Below are positions 17,084 to 26,280 of a DNA stretch of 41,592 nt, piece by piece. The DNA is from Anaerolineales bacterium (GTDB lineage Bacteria; Chloroflexota; Anaerolineae; Anaerolineales; UBA11858). Location: NCBI GenBank assembly GCA_021161345.1, contig JAGHAU010000044.1, positions 1 through 41,592 of the forward strand, in the 5' to 3' direction. The notes below the pieces were generated by a model that saw only the letters and a program-made list of their open reading frames with translations, ran no database searches and had not been told where the DNA came from. Made by a program: the position numbers and the translations under genes. Position 1 is the stretch's first letter; each line of letters starts with the position of its first letter.

Positions 17084-19261
17084 ATGGATATCCTGAAATC
17101 ACTTAACGAGCAGCAGATCAAAGCAGTCAAAGCAGCCCCCGGACCTGTTCTGGTACTGGCTGGACCTGGATCCGGAAAAACCCGGGTGCTGACGCGCCGG
17201 GCTGCTTATTTAATTGGTGAGTTAGGAACCCAGCCTTACCATGTGATGGCTGTGACCTTTACGAATAAAGCTGCCAAGGAAATGGGTAATCGCATCTCTG
17301 ACCTACTGGGTCAGCATACCCACGGAATGACCCTTGGAACATTCCATGCTACATGTGCCCGAACCCTGCGGATCGAAGCGGATCTTTTGCCGGTGGATAG
17401 AAATTATGTGATTTTTGATGCGGATGACCAGACCAAGATCGTCCGCCAGGTCCTGAAAGAACAAAACCTGGATGAAAAAAGATACCGCCCCCAGAGTGTG
17501 CACGCTTCTATTTCAGCTGCTAAAAACGAATTGCTTTTGCCAGAGAATTTTCCCATCCAAACCTATCGTGATGAAATTGTTGCCCGAGTTTACGAGCAGT
17601 ACCAAAAAATCCTGCTGATGAGCAATGCCCTCGATTTTGACGATCTGCTGTTGTGGACGGCTATTCTGTTGAAAGATAATGACAAGATCAGGGAAAAATA
17701 TGCCCGGCGCTATCAGCAGATCCTGGTGGATGAATTCCAGGACACCAATATGGCGCAATATACCTTGCTGAAACATCTGGCATCCTATCATAAGAATATT
17801 TTTGTGGTGGGTGATTCGGATCAATCCATTTACCGCTGGCGTGGGGCAGATTATCGCAATGTGCGCCGATTCGAACAGGATTTCCCTGATGCAGAAGTGA
17901 TCCTGCTGGAGCAGAACTACCGGTCAACGCAGAATATCCTTGATGCAGCGATGACGGTCATTAACCGCAACAGCAATCGAAAACCAAAAAAACTGTTCAC
18001 AGAACGGGGTGCCGGGGAAAAGATCTCCATCCGGGAAGCGTATGACGAGCGGGAACAGGGACTTTTTGTTGTAGACAAAATCATTCAGCAAATCGCCGAG
18101 AAAAAAGTATCTCCATCAGATTTTGCCGTAATGTACAGGACCAATGCCCAATCCCGCCAGGTGGAAGAGGCTTTTTTATCTGCCAATCTCCCCTATAAAC
18201 TGGTTGGTGCCCAGCGTTTTTATGGACGGCGTGAGGTCAAGGATATGATTGCTTACCTCCGTTTGGTGGCCAATCCTGATGATGGATTCAGCCTGGCCAG
18301 GATTATAAATACTCCCAGCCGCATGATTGGCGCGAAAACCTTCGCCGAGTTAATAACAATTGCTGGTCAGCTCGAAATCACACCAGGAAAATTACTGCTT
18401 GATCTTGGCCAGGAAGAAACTCCAGATTTGAATTCCTTTTCAACCGCAGCTGGTAAGAGGCTGGTTGGTTTTGGGCGCTTATTTTATAAATGGCGTAAAA
18501 CGTGTGAATCCCTTCCGCCTGTGGAAACCGTGGACCTGATCCTGAATGATATTGATTTCCGCAATTATTTAGAAGATGGCAGCGAGGATGGATTCGAGCG
18601 CTGGGAAAATGTCACCGAACTTCGCCGCCTGTCATCTGAATATCAAACTGTTGGGCTTTTATCCTTTCTGGAGGATATTGCCCTGGTATCAGACCAGGAT
18701 ACCTTGAATTCAAATCAGGAAGTTCCAACCTTATTAACGCTGCACGCCGCCAAAGGATTGGAATTCAAGCAGGTGATGATCATTGGTATGAATGAAGGGC
18801 TGCTTCCTCACCAGCGTTCTTTCGATGAACCTGAAGCTATGGAGGAAGAACGTCGGCTCTTGTATGTTGGCATTACCAGGGCTATGGATAGGTTGCATTT
18901 ATTCCACTCGCTCAACAGGTTCAACTATGGTTATATGGAGCCTATGGAATCTTCCCGTTATTATCGCGATATTCCCCCCGAGCTGCGCGAAGAAAACGGA
19001 TCACCTTATATCCAAACTACCAGCTCATCATCTGTTGGAGCTGTCCGTCCCTGGAAGGAAATACAAAAGGAATCCAGCAGACCAGCCAGCCAGGAGATCC
19101 AATATCATCCAGGGGAGAAGGTCAACCATCCCAAATGGGGCCAGGGGTTGGTATTGAACAGTATTCTTCAAGATGATGATGAAATTGTGGATATCTTTTT
19201 TGAAGGAGTGGGGAAAAAGAAACTGATTGCATCCCTGGCAGATCTGAAAAAAATCGGCTGA
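17084..19261 (+). CDS. pcrA: ATP-dependent DNA helicase PcrA/UvrD (SF1)
   Basis: 725 aa. Walker A AGPGSGKT, motif II DEFQDTN, motif III VGDSDQSIYRWRGA, plus QNYRST, TLHAAKGLEF and YVGITRA. Confidence 0.9.
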   Translation: MDILKSLNEQQIKAVKAAPGPVLVLAGPGSGKTRVLTRRAAYLIGELGTQPYHVMAVTFTNKAAKEMGNRISDLLGQHTHGMTLGTFHATCARTLRIEADLLPVDRNYVIFDADDQTKIVRQVLKEQNLDEKRYRPQSVHASISAAKNELLLPENFPIQTYRDEIVARVYEQYQKILLMSNALDFDDLLLWTAILLKDNDKIREKYARRYQQILVDEFQDTNMAQYTLLKHLASYHKNIFVVGDSDQSIYRWRGADYRNVRRFEQDFPDAEVILLEQNYRSTQNILDAAMTVINRNSNRKPKKLFTERGAGEKISIREAYDEREQGLFVVDKIIQQIAEKKVSPSDFAVMYRTNAQSRQVEEAFLSANLPYKLVGAQRFYGRREVKDMIAYLRLVANPDDGFSLARIINTPSRMIGAKTFAELITIAGQLEITPGKLLLDLGQEETPDLNSFSTAAGKRLVGFGRLFYKWRKTCESLPPVETVDLILNDIDFRNYLEDGSEDGFERWENVTELRRLSSEYQTVGLLSFLEDIALVSDQDTLNSNQEVPTLLTLHAAKGLEFKQVMIIGMNEGLLPHQRSFDEPEAMEEERRLLYVGITRAMDRLHLFHSLNRFNYGYMEPMESSRYYRDIPPELREENGSPYIQTTSSSSVGAVRPWKEIQKESSRPASQEIQYHPGEKVNHPKWGQGLVLNSILQDDDEIVDIFFEGVGKKKLIASLADLKKIG

Positions 19262-19319
19262 TTGTAAATGGTAAAATAGGATCAGTTCTCCCGTCGTTAC
19301 GCAAAGAGAGAAACCTGTT

Positions 19320-19814
19320 ATGGCCGTAATCGAAAAAGGCTCATTTGAAGTGATCAGCCGCAGCCCGACTCAAACCCGTCGGGTTGGCATGCGATTGGGC
19401 GAGCTGCTGCTGCCAGGGGATGTAGTTTGCCTCGAAGGAAATCTAGGAGCAGGTAAAACCACTCTCGTGCAAGGCATTGCCTCAGGTTGGGGGTCTTATG
19501 ACTCTGTAACCAGCCCATCCTATGTGCTCGTGAATGTTTATCGGCGCCTTGATCAATCCCAGCTTTTCCACCTGGATGCCTATCGTTTATCTGGACCGGA
19601 AGAAGCTGTTGATCTGGATCTGGATGCCATGTTAGGACAGGGTCCGCTGCTGGTAGAGTGGGCTGATCGAATTCAAGATGCCCTGCCGGATGAGTGTTTA
19701 TCAATTAAAATGCGCCTGATCAATGATGAACAGAGGGATTTTATCGTCAACGCCAAGGGGGAACGGCATAAAGATATCCTGGATCGGTTCAGGGAAGATG
19801 TTTACGGAGCTTAG
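19320..19814 (+). CDS. tsaE: tRNA t6A37 biosynthesis ATPase TsaE
   Basis: 164 aa. P-loop GNLGAGKTTLVQG. Immediately followed by tsaB. Confidence 0.85.
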   Translation: MAVIEKGSFEVISRSPTQTRRVGMRLGELLLPGDVVCLEGNLGAGKTTLVQGIASGWGSYDSVTSPSYVLVNVYRRLDQSQLFHLDAYRLSGPEEAVDLDLDAMLGQGPLLVEWADRIQDALPDECLSIKMRLINDEQRDFIVNAKGERHKDILDRFREDVYGA

Positions 19815-20480
19815 ATGTTATTAGGTATAGATACCTCAACCCAATCCGTTGGTATTGCTATTTATGACGGCCATCAGATCCTGTGTGAAGAAAGCTGGAT
19901 CTCCCGCCGATATCACACGGTAGAATTGGCCAGCGCAGTGGATGCCAATCTCAAAAGAGCTGGATTGAATCCCAAGGACCTGGATGTGCTCGCTGTGGCG
20001 ACCGGACCGGGTTCATTCACTGGCTTACGAATCGGGATGGCTCTTGTAAAAGGTCTGGCATATACCCATCAGCTGCCCGTGATCGGAATTCCCACTCTAA
20101 ATATCACTGCTCGGGCAGTACCTCCCAGCGATAAACGTTTAGCAGCTGTGCTGCAAGCGGGACGAAGCCGGCTGGCAGTAGGTTGGTATATCACGAAAAA
20201 TGACCGCTGGACCTCGGAGGATCTCATTGAGAATCTTTCACTCGAGGAACTGCTTGGAAAGATCGACCAGCCCTGTATTCTAACGGGTGAATTGACCAAA
20301 GAGATCCGAGAGGTTACAGCAGACCATGACCTGCTCACTATCGCTGATCCTACCCTTGCCATGCGCAGCCCAAAATACCTGGCAGAACTGGCCTGGGAAA
20401 GATGGCAGGCTGGTGATGTTGATGATGTTCTATCCCTGAAACCGTATTATCTGCATAAAGGGGACCCGATCCCGGGTTAA
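19815..20480 (+). CDS. tsaB: tRNA t6A37 biosynthesis protein TsaB
   Basis: 221 aa. LGIDTS and TGPGSFTGLRIG motifs. The start abuts the tsaE stop (TAGATG). Confidence 0.85.
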   Translation: MLLGIDTSTQSVGIAIYDGHQILCEESWISRRYHTVELASAVDANLKRAGLNPKDLDVLAVATGPGSFTGLRIGMALVKGLAYTHQLPVIGIPTLNITARAVPPSDKRLAAVLQAGRSRLAVGWYITKNDRWTSEDLIENLSLEELLGKIDQPCILTGELTKEIREVTADHDLLTIADPTLAMRSPKYLAELAWERWQAGDVDDVLSLKPYYLHKGDPIPG

Positions 20481-20498
20481 CCCCCTCCCTTCTAAGGA

Positions 20499-21140
20499 GT
20501 GAAAGAGTTAATGGACAAGGACCTGGAGCTGAAAAAAATAGCGGATGCTGTTTCTGACTGCAAAAAATGTGATCTATGCCATTCCCGCGATAAGGGAGTG
20601 CCAGGTGAAGGACCACCCGACGCCGAGATCATGTTTATTGGAGAAGGCCCTGGATTTCATGAAAACATGCAGGGCAGGCCCTTTGTAGGTGCTGCCGGGA
20701 ACTTACTGGTAGAATTGCTGGGTGCTATCGGCATGAAAAGGGAGCAGGTATTTATTACTAACGTGGTCAAATGCAGACCACCCGGGAATCGTGATCCCCA
20801 ACCAGAAGAACTGCAGGCCTGCAATCCTTATCTGGAAAAACAACTTCAGATCATTAATCCAAAAGTGATCGTGACCCTGGGGCGTTTTTCCATGGCCCGG
20901 TTTATACCGCAGGCCAAGATCAGCGAGATCCACGGCCAACCGGTCAAAGTGAAAGGAATGCTGGTAGTACCCTTTTTTCATCCGGCCGCTGCTCTGCACA
21001 GGCCTTCGCTGCGTCCAGTTGTAGAAGAGGACTTTGCTAAACTGCCCGAATTGATCAGAAATGCACAGCAGGCGCCGGCATATCATCCGGCAGAACAAAT
21101 AGAGGATAATAACAAAGCTGAACAGCTGAGTTTGTTTTGA
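20499..21140 (+). CDS. Family 4 uracil-DNA glycosylase (Fe-S type)
   Basis: 213 aa. CKKCDLC, GEGPG and FFHPAAAL motifs. Confidence 0.85.
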   Translation: MKELMDKDLELKKIADAVSDCKKCDLCHSRDKGVPGEGPPDAEIMFIGEGPGFHENMQGRPFVGAAGNLLVELLGAIGMKREQVFITNVVKCRPPGNRDPQPEELQACNPYLEKQLQIINPKVIVTLGRFSMARFIPQAKISEIHGQPVKVKGMLVVPFFHPAAALHRPSLRPVVEEDFAKLPELIRNAQQAPAYHPAEQIEDNNKAEQLSLF

Positions 21141-21170
21141 TCGATCAGGAAAATACGGAAAATTCTAACT

Positions 21171-22484
21171 ATGAAAAATAATAAACTCTCACAAAAATTG
21201 AATGAACGCACAGCCCATGTGGTGATCCTGGGGCTGGGTTACGTGGGTTTGCCCCTGGCAACGGTGCTGGCAGATGCTGGCTACAAAGTGACTGGGGTGG
21301 ACCTGGACAGCGAAAAGGTCACACTGCTTAATCAAGGCATTAGTTATATTGATGATGTTGAGACCAGTCTGGTCAAAAAGCTGGTTGACGGAAAAAAACT
21401 TCAGGCTACCACGGATTTCTCCGTTGTCTCAGAAGCGGATGCAGTGAGTATTTGTGTGCCAACTCCGCTCCGAAAAACCAGGGACCCAGACCTTTCATAT
21501 ATCGTGGCAGTTTCTGAATCTATTGTGGATTATGTCCACCCCGACATGGTGGTTGTGCTGGAATCTACAACCTATCCTGGAACAACCCGGGAACTGCTAT
21601 TACCTATGCTGATCGAGAAAACCGGATTGGTGGTAGGCGAGAATTTCTTCCTGGCTTTTTCTCCTGAACGGGTGGATCCGGGCCGCGAGGATTGGACCAC
21701 GATCAATACGCCTAAAGTTGTGGGCGGGATCACACCTGCCTGTACCGAAATGGCTGCTATCTATTATGAAGGAGCCATGGAAAATGTTATCCGGGTAACC
21801 ACTACGGAAGTAGCTGAGATGACCAAGCTGCTTGAGAATACGTTCAGAATGGTGAATATTGGCCTGGTCAACGAAATGGCGATCATGTGCGACCGGATGG
21901 GCATAAACGTGTGGGAAGTGATTGACGCTGCAGCTACCAAACCGTTTGGTTTTATGAAATTCACTCCGGGACCGGGCTTGGGAGGCCATTGTATTCCGAT
22001 CGATCCTCTCTTCCTGTCCTGGAAACTAAAATCGTTGAACTATACTGCCAGATTCATCGATCTCGCTTCAGAAATCAATATCGGGATGCCCCGTTATGTG
22101 GTGAACAAGGTCCAGGAGGCGCTGAATAAACAGCATAAAGCCATTAATGACAGCAAGGTCCTGGTATTGGGGGCAGCCTATAAACCGGATATCGACGATG
22201 TCCGGGAATCCCCAGCACTGGATGTGATCGGGTTGTTGCAGCAGAGCGGCGCGAAAGTGTCTTATCACGATCCTTTTATACCGGAACTGCACCATGAAAA
22301 TGTCGACCTCTCCAGTGTCCCGGACCTGATGAAGGCTGTGGAGAGTGCTGATTGTGTCGTGATCATCACCAATCACAGCCAATATGACTATGAGACTATC
22401 TTCAAGAAAGCAAAAGCTGTCATGGATGCCCGCAACGCGCTGGGCAAGATTGCCGGGGACGACCCTAAAGTGACAGGATTGTAG
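21171..22484 (+). CDS. Nucleotide-sugar 6-dehydrogenase (UDP-glucose/GDP-mannose dehydrogenase family; substrate not resolvable)
   Basis: 437 aa. Rossmann motif ILGLGYVGLPLA and catalytic Cys context GGHCIPIDP. Confidence 0.85.
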   Translation: MKNNKLSQKLNERTAHVVILGLGYVGLPLATVLADAGYKVTGVDLDSEKVTLLNQGISYIDDVETSLVKKLVDGKKLQATTDFSVVSEADAVSICVPTPLRKTRDPDLSYIVAVSESIVDYVHPDMVVVLESTTYPGTTRELLLPMLIEKTGLVVGENFFLAFSPERVDPGREDWTTINTPKVVGGITPACTEMAAIYYEGAMENVIRVTTTEVAEMTKLLENTFRMVNIGLVNEMAIMCDRMGINVWEVIDAAATKPFGFMKFTPGPGLGGHCIPIDPLFLSWKLKSLNYTARFIDLASEINIGMPRYVVNKVQEALNKQHKAINDSKVLVLGAAYKPDIDDVRESPALDVIGLLQQSGAKVSYHDPFIPELHHENVDLSSVPDLMKAVESADCVVIITNHSQYDYETIFKKAKAVMDARNALGKIAGDDPKVTGL

Positions 22485-22501
22485 GATTAGGTGGCAAAAA
22501 A

Positions 22502-23479
22502 ATGAAAAGATATCTTGTAACAGGTGCTGCTGGTTTTATTGCATCTGTCGTTTCTGAGAAATTACTGCAAAGCGGTGCGGAGGTCGTTGGCCTTGATAAT
22601 ATGAATCAGGCCTACGATGTGCGCATGAAAGAATATCGTCTGAAAAAACTGCAGGAAAACCCGAATTTTGAATTTCTTCAGCTAGATGTCAGCGATCGAT
22701 CGCTTTTGGATAATGACAGGCTTCTTGGAAAAAAATTTAATGCAGTGATAAATCTGGCAGCCCGGGCAGGAGTGAGGGATAGCCTTGAGGACCCCTGGGT
22801 GTATTTGGAGACTAATGCCACTGGGACTTTAAACCTGCTTGAATTATGCAAAAGGGAAGGCATAGGAAAATTTTTACTTGCGTCAACATCCAGCATTTAC
22901 GGGAATGATGCTCCATTGCCTACGCCAGAAACAGCTGAGAGCAATAAACCTCTTCAGGCATATGCTGCTTCGAAGGGTGCCGCCGAAGTAATGGCTCATG
23001 CATATCATTATCTTTTTGGTATCGATGTTTCAGTGGTACGTTATTTTACTGTCTATGGGCCAGCAGGTAGACCGGATATGGTTATGTTCAGGTTCATTAA
23101 ATGGATTGCTGAAGAAACGTCAGTACATTTGAATGGTACAGGAGAACAATCCCGCGGTTTTACGTATGTTGAGGATATTGCAAGAGGGACAATAGCAGCA
23201 TTAAAACCAATTGGTTATGAGATCTTCAACCTGGGCGGGCATGAAGTCATTTCCATCAACGAATTGATAGCCAAACTTGAAAAAACCATAGGGAAAGAGG
23301 CGAATATCGTTTATCATCCCCAGCACCCGGCTGATATGTTAACCAGCCAGGCAAATGTGAATAAAGCCAGGCAGGTTCTTGGTTGGGAACCGCAGGTTTC
23401 CCTGGAAGAAGGGATTCAAGTGGTGGTGGACTGGTATCTAAAGGAACGTTCCTGGGCGAAAGAAATCAAGACGGAATAA
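22502..23479 (+). CDS. SDR nucleotide-sugar 4-epimerase (UDP-hexuronate 4-epimerase-like)
   Basis: 325 aa. VTGAAGFIAS, GLDNMNQAYDVRMKEYRL and YAASKGAAE (YxxxK). Directly follows the dehydrogenase. Confidence 0.75.
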   Translation: MKRYLVTGAAGFIASVVSEKLLQSGAEVVGLDNMNQAYDVRMKEYRLKKLQENPNFEFLQLDVSDRSLLDNDRLLGKKFNAVINLAARAGVRDSLEDPWVYLETNATGTLNLLELCKREGIGKFLLASTSSIYGNDAPLPTPETAESNKPLQAYAASKGAAEVMAHAYHYLFGIDVSVVRYFTVYGPAGRPDMVMFRFIKWIAEETSVHLNGTGEQSRGFTYVEDIARGTIAALKPIGYEIFNLGGHEVISINELIAKLEKTIGKEANIVYHPQHPADMLTSQANVNKARQVLGWEPQVSLEEGIQVVVDWYLKERSWAKEIKTE

Positions 23480-23485
23480 ACACTT

Positions 23486-24138
23486 GTGAGTATTATGGAA
23501 AGCGTTGCATCAATAAACCAAAAAAATCACATTGGATTTTTGGACCTGGTCAGGGGATTTTTGGCTTTCTGGGTTTATTATGCCCATCTAAAAATGGCAT
23601 CAATTGGCAAAGATGTCATCTGGGGCTCCCCAAGTGTTTGGCGGTTGATGGTTTTGTGCTGCTTTCAGGCTTCCTGATGGCCTATCATTGGGTCAGGCGT
23701 GAAGATCGCTTTCAGTCTTTCTGGCATTAGGTGAAAGGTTTTAATATTCCCGGGTCTTTCGGGATTACACCGTTATATTATTCGGTGCTGAGAGGGGTTT
23801 ATAACTGGGAGAATGAATTTATCAAGATTAAAAGAGCGTCAATGCCATAATTCCTCCCGCTTGAGGAGGAGGTGAGCCTGTTCTAATCACACGGGATATC
23901 CAACATTTATCATTTTGGAACGCGTTATCCCATTTTGTACATCCTGTTTAAGCAGGACTGGTTTATCAACCTGCCAATCTATCCCCGCTTGCTGGTTGCG
24001 ATACTCATTATCAGCCCGGTGGTATATGGATTGGCGTATCTGATGAATAAATATGTTGAAAATCCGGGGATTAAAATTGGAAAATTACTATCAACAAAAT
24101 GGATTAAACCATCATCTGGACCCAATTCAGCCCAGTAA
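23486..24138 (+). pseudogene. Decayed acyltransferase-3 (OafA/WecH-like O-acyltransferase) gene
   Basis: Family motifs are split over two frames and interrupted by stops:
- IGFLDLVRGFLAFWV in frame 2.
- AVDGFVLLSGFLM in frame 1.
- An in-frame TAG at 23728-23730 is followed by GITPLYYSVL.
- A C-terminal piece, YLMNKYVENPG, lies at 23935-24138.

The total span of about 650 nt is well short of the roughly 1 kb or more I expect for this family. Confidence 0.65.
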
Positions 24139-24162
24139 ACACTATTATTTCATTTTTTTGTT

Positions 24163-26169
24163 ATGTTTCTTATCCTAGTCAACTATTTAATCATCCTAAT
24201 ATTCATGTATTTGATCCTGGAGCATGGTTTAAGGGAATCCATGATCCGATCTTACATAATTATATTAGGTTTTGTCGTTGTGTTTACAGAAACTCTTTCT
24301 CTGGTAAACCAGATCACCCGGCCGGCGATTTTGAGATCCTGGTCTTTCCTTACTTTCATCCTTCTGATTATTCTCGCTGTGAAGCTTTGGAAAAGAAAAA
24401 CAGGATTTTTTGAACTAATCAAGATCCGCTTCTCCGAAGACCACAAACGTTTTTCCTCGCTTGAAGCAGTGATAATGATTTGTATTGGGTTGATCCTCAT
24501 TACAACTTTTATTGTTGCATTTTTCTCTCCCCCAAATAGTTATGACTCTATGACCTATCATATGGCCAGGGTATCAAATTGGATCCAGAACCAAAATATC
24601 AGTTATTATCCGACCTCAATTCCCCGGCAAAATTATTCCATGCCAATGGCCGAGTATGAAATTTTACACCTTCAGATCATGAGTCAAGCTGATAAATTTG
24701 CCAATCTGGTTCAGTGGTCTGGATTTGTCCTTGTAATTCTTCTGGTATCAAAGATTGCTGATTATCTCCAAATTTCCCGCAGAGGGCAGCTGCTGTCCGC
24801 ATTATTTGCAGCTACGATACCCATGGCTATCCTTCAGAGCTCGAGTACCCAGAACGACCTGATCACAGGCCTGGGTTGTTTGAGTTTTGGGTATTATTTG
24901 TTAAAAACAATCCGCGAGAAATCATGGAAGTATGTTGTCTATTCAGGGCTGTCACTTGGAATTGCCTTGTTGACCAAGGGCACGGCCTATATCTATTGTG
25001 CTGCCATTGGTCTCGTGATTGGTATTTCGGGATTGTTATCTATTACCTGGAAAACAAGGTTTTTCCTCATTAAACAGCTTGCCTCAATTATCATCCTTGC
25101 TTTGGTATTAAATTCTGGTGTGTATTACAGAAATATTGATCTCTACTTGAGTCCTTTGTCAACTGCCACTGACAGAGTTACTTCAGATAAACTTTCACTT
25201 CAGGGTCTTTACACCAATTTGGTCAGGAATGGAGCTGTACAATTAGCTATACCAATACCTGAAGTTAATAAATACATGACCCGATTGGTGGCTGGCCACC
25301 TTGGAGAGAATAATACCAATCAGGACATCACTTTTTCAAATACTGATTTTGTGATCAAGTTTAATATCAATGAAGATGAATCCGGTAATCTGCTTCATTT
25401 TGTTCTCTTATTACTTGGTCTTATGATTTATCCCTGGATTAAGGATCCAAAAAGAAAGGACCTGTCAATCTTCCTGATATCTTTATTGTTTTCCTTGGTT
25501 CTTTTCTCGTTGACTATAAAATGGCAGCCGTGGGGGAGTAGGCTGCTATTGCCGGTTTTCTTTCTTGGATCACCCCTTGTCGGATATGTCTACGACAAGA
25601 TCAAGTATCCAAGGAAATTTTCAATAATATTCATTTTGAGTTTAACTCTTTATAGCATCCCCTATTTAACACTGAATGATACAAGGCCATTATTTCCACT
25701 GATTAGGGAAGATTCTCCTTTCCGAACTATAAAGTTAAGACGACTCTTTTCAAACCATCCTTTCCTTTATGAACAATGGTCCGAGAGCATAACTCCGTTT
25801 TATGAAGAGTCATCTGTTTTATATACGGATAGGATGGACCAATACTTCTCCGGTTATTTGCCTTTCCGGGATGACTTTTTTGCTGTGATGGATTCTGTAA
25901 ATGAACTGGATGTAGATGTTGTTGGCTTAGAATTGCGGAGCAATAGTTGGGAATATCCGATTTGGGTACTAGCAAATCGTCATGCAGGGCTGGGGTTGCC
26001 TGAGTTTATCCATGTTGCGATGGATGATATTTCTAGTACGCTGGATCCATTTCAAGGTGAATGGCCAGAATATGTGATCTCAACCAAGGGATCAAATTCG
26101 TTTTTTGTGGAAGAATTGGATTACAGTTATATTGTAGATACGTCGATCATAGATCTCCTCCGTCGTTAA
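24163..26169 (+). CDS. Large polytopic membrane protein, GT-C-like (ArnT/PMT_2-like glycosyltransferase or glycan ligase candidate)
   Basis: 668 aa with many hydrophobic helices across the first ~470 aa. The first-loop segment PPNSYDSMTYHMARVSNW resembles GT-C loop motifs. A soluble C-terminal ~170 aa follows. The gene is AT-rich. Confidence 0.5.
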   Translation: MFLILVNYLIILIFMYLILEHGLRESMIRSYIIILGFVVVFTETLSLVNQITRPAILRSWSFLTFILLIILAVKLWKRKTGFFELIKIRFSEDHKRFSSLEAVIMICIGLILITTFIVAFFSPPNSYDSMTYHMARVSNWIQNQNISYYPTSIPRQNYSMPMAEYEILHLQIMSQADKFANLVQWSGFVLVILLVSKIADYLQISRRGQLLSALFAATIPMAILQSSSTQNDLITGLGCLSFGYYLLKTIREKSWKYVVYSGLSLGIALLTKGTAYIYCAAIGLVIGISGLLSITWKTRFFLIKQLASIIILALVLNSGVYYRNIDLYLSPLSTATDRVTSDKLSLQGLYTNLVRNGAVQLAIPIPEVNKYMTRLVAGHLGENNTNQDITFSNTDFVIKFNINEDESGNLLHFVLLLLGLMIYPWIKDPKRKDLSIFLISLLFSLVLFSLTIKWQPWGSRLLLPVFFLGSPLVGYVYDKIKYPRKFSIIFILSLTLYSIPYLTLNDTRPLFPLIREDSPFRTIKLRRLFSNHPFLYEQWSESITPFYEESSVLYTDRMDQYFSGYLPFRDDFFAVMDSVNELDVDVVGLELRSNSWEYPIWVLANRHAGLGLPEFIHVAMDDISSTLDPFQGEWPEYVISTKGSNSFFVEELDYSYIVDTSIIDLLRR

Positions 26170-26207
26170 CCCTGATTTTGCTCACACCCCACATAAAATT
26201 TGGAAAC

Positions 26208-26252
26208 TTGACACGCTGATGAAGTGTCTTATAATTCAGTTATTGAATTATA
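26208..26252 (+). promoter_or_regulatory. Promoter-operator module A
   Basis: TTGACA (26208-26213), 16-nt spacer, TATAAT (26230-26235). The palindrome TATAATTCA-N5-TGAATTATA (26230-26252) overlaps the -10. The same 24-nt pattern occurs at 35634-35657. Confidence 0.55.
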
Positions 26253-26280
26253 GAATGATTTGTAAATGACTATGCTGCGG

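Noticed and set aside
23383-23730. 115-aa plus-strand ORF spanning the epimerase 3' end and the intergenic region
   Set aside because: Its 5' two-thirds is an out-of-frame overlap with the epimerase gene. Only its 3' end (AVDGFVLLSGFLM...) is meaningful, and that is accounted for as part of the acyltransferase-3 pseudogene.
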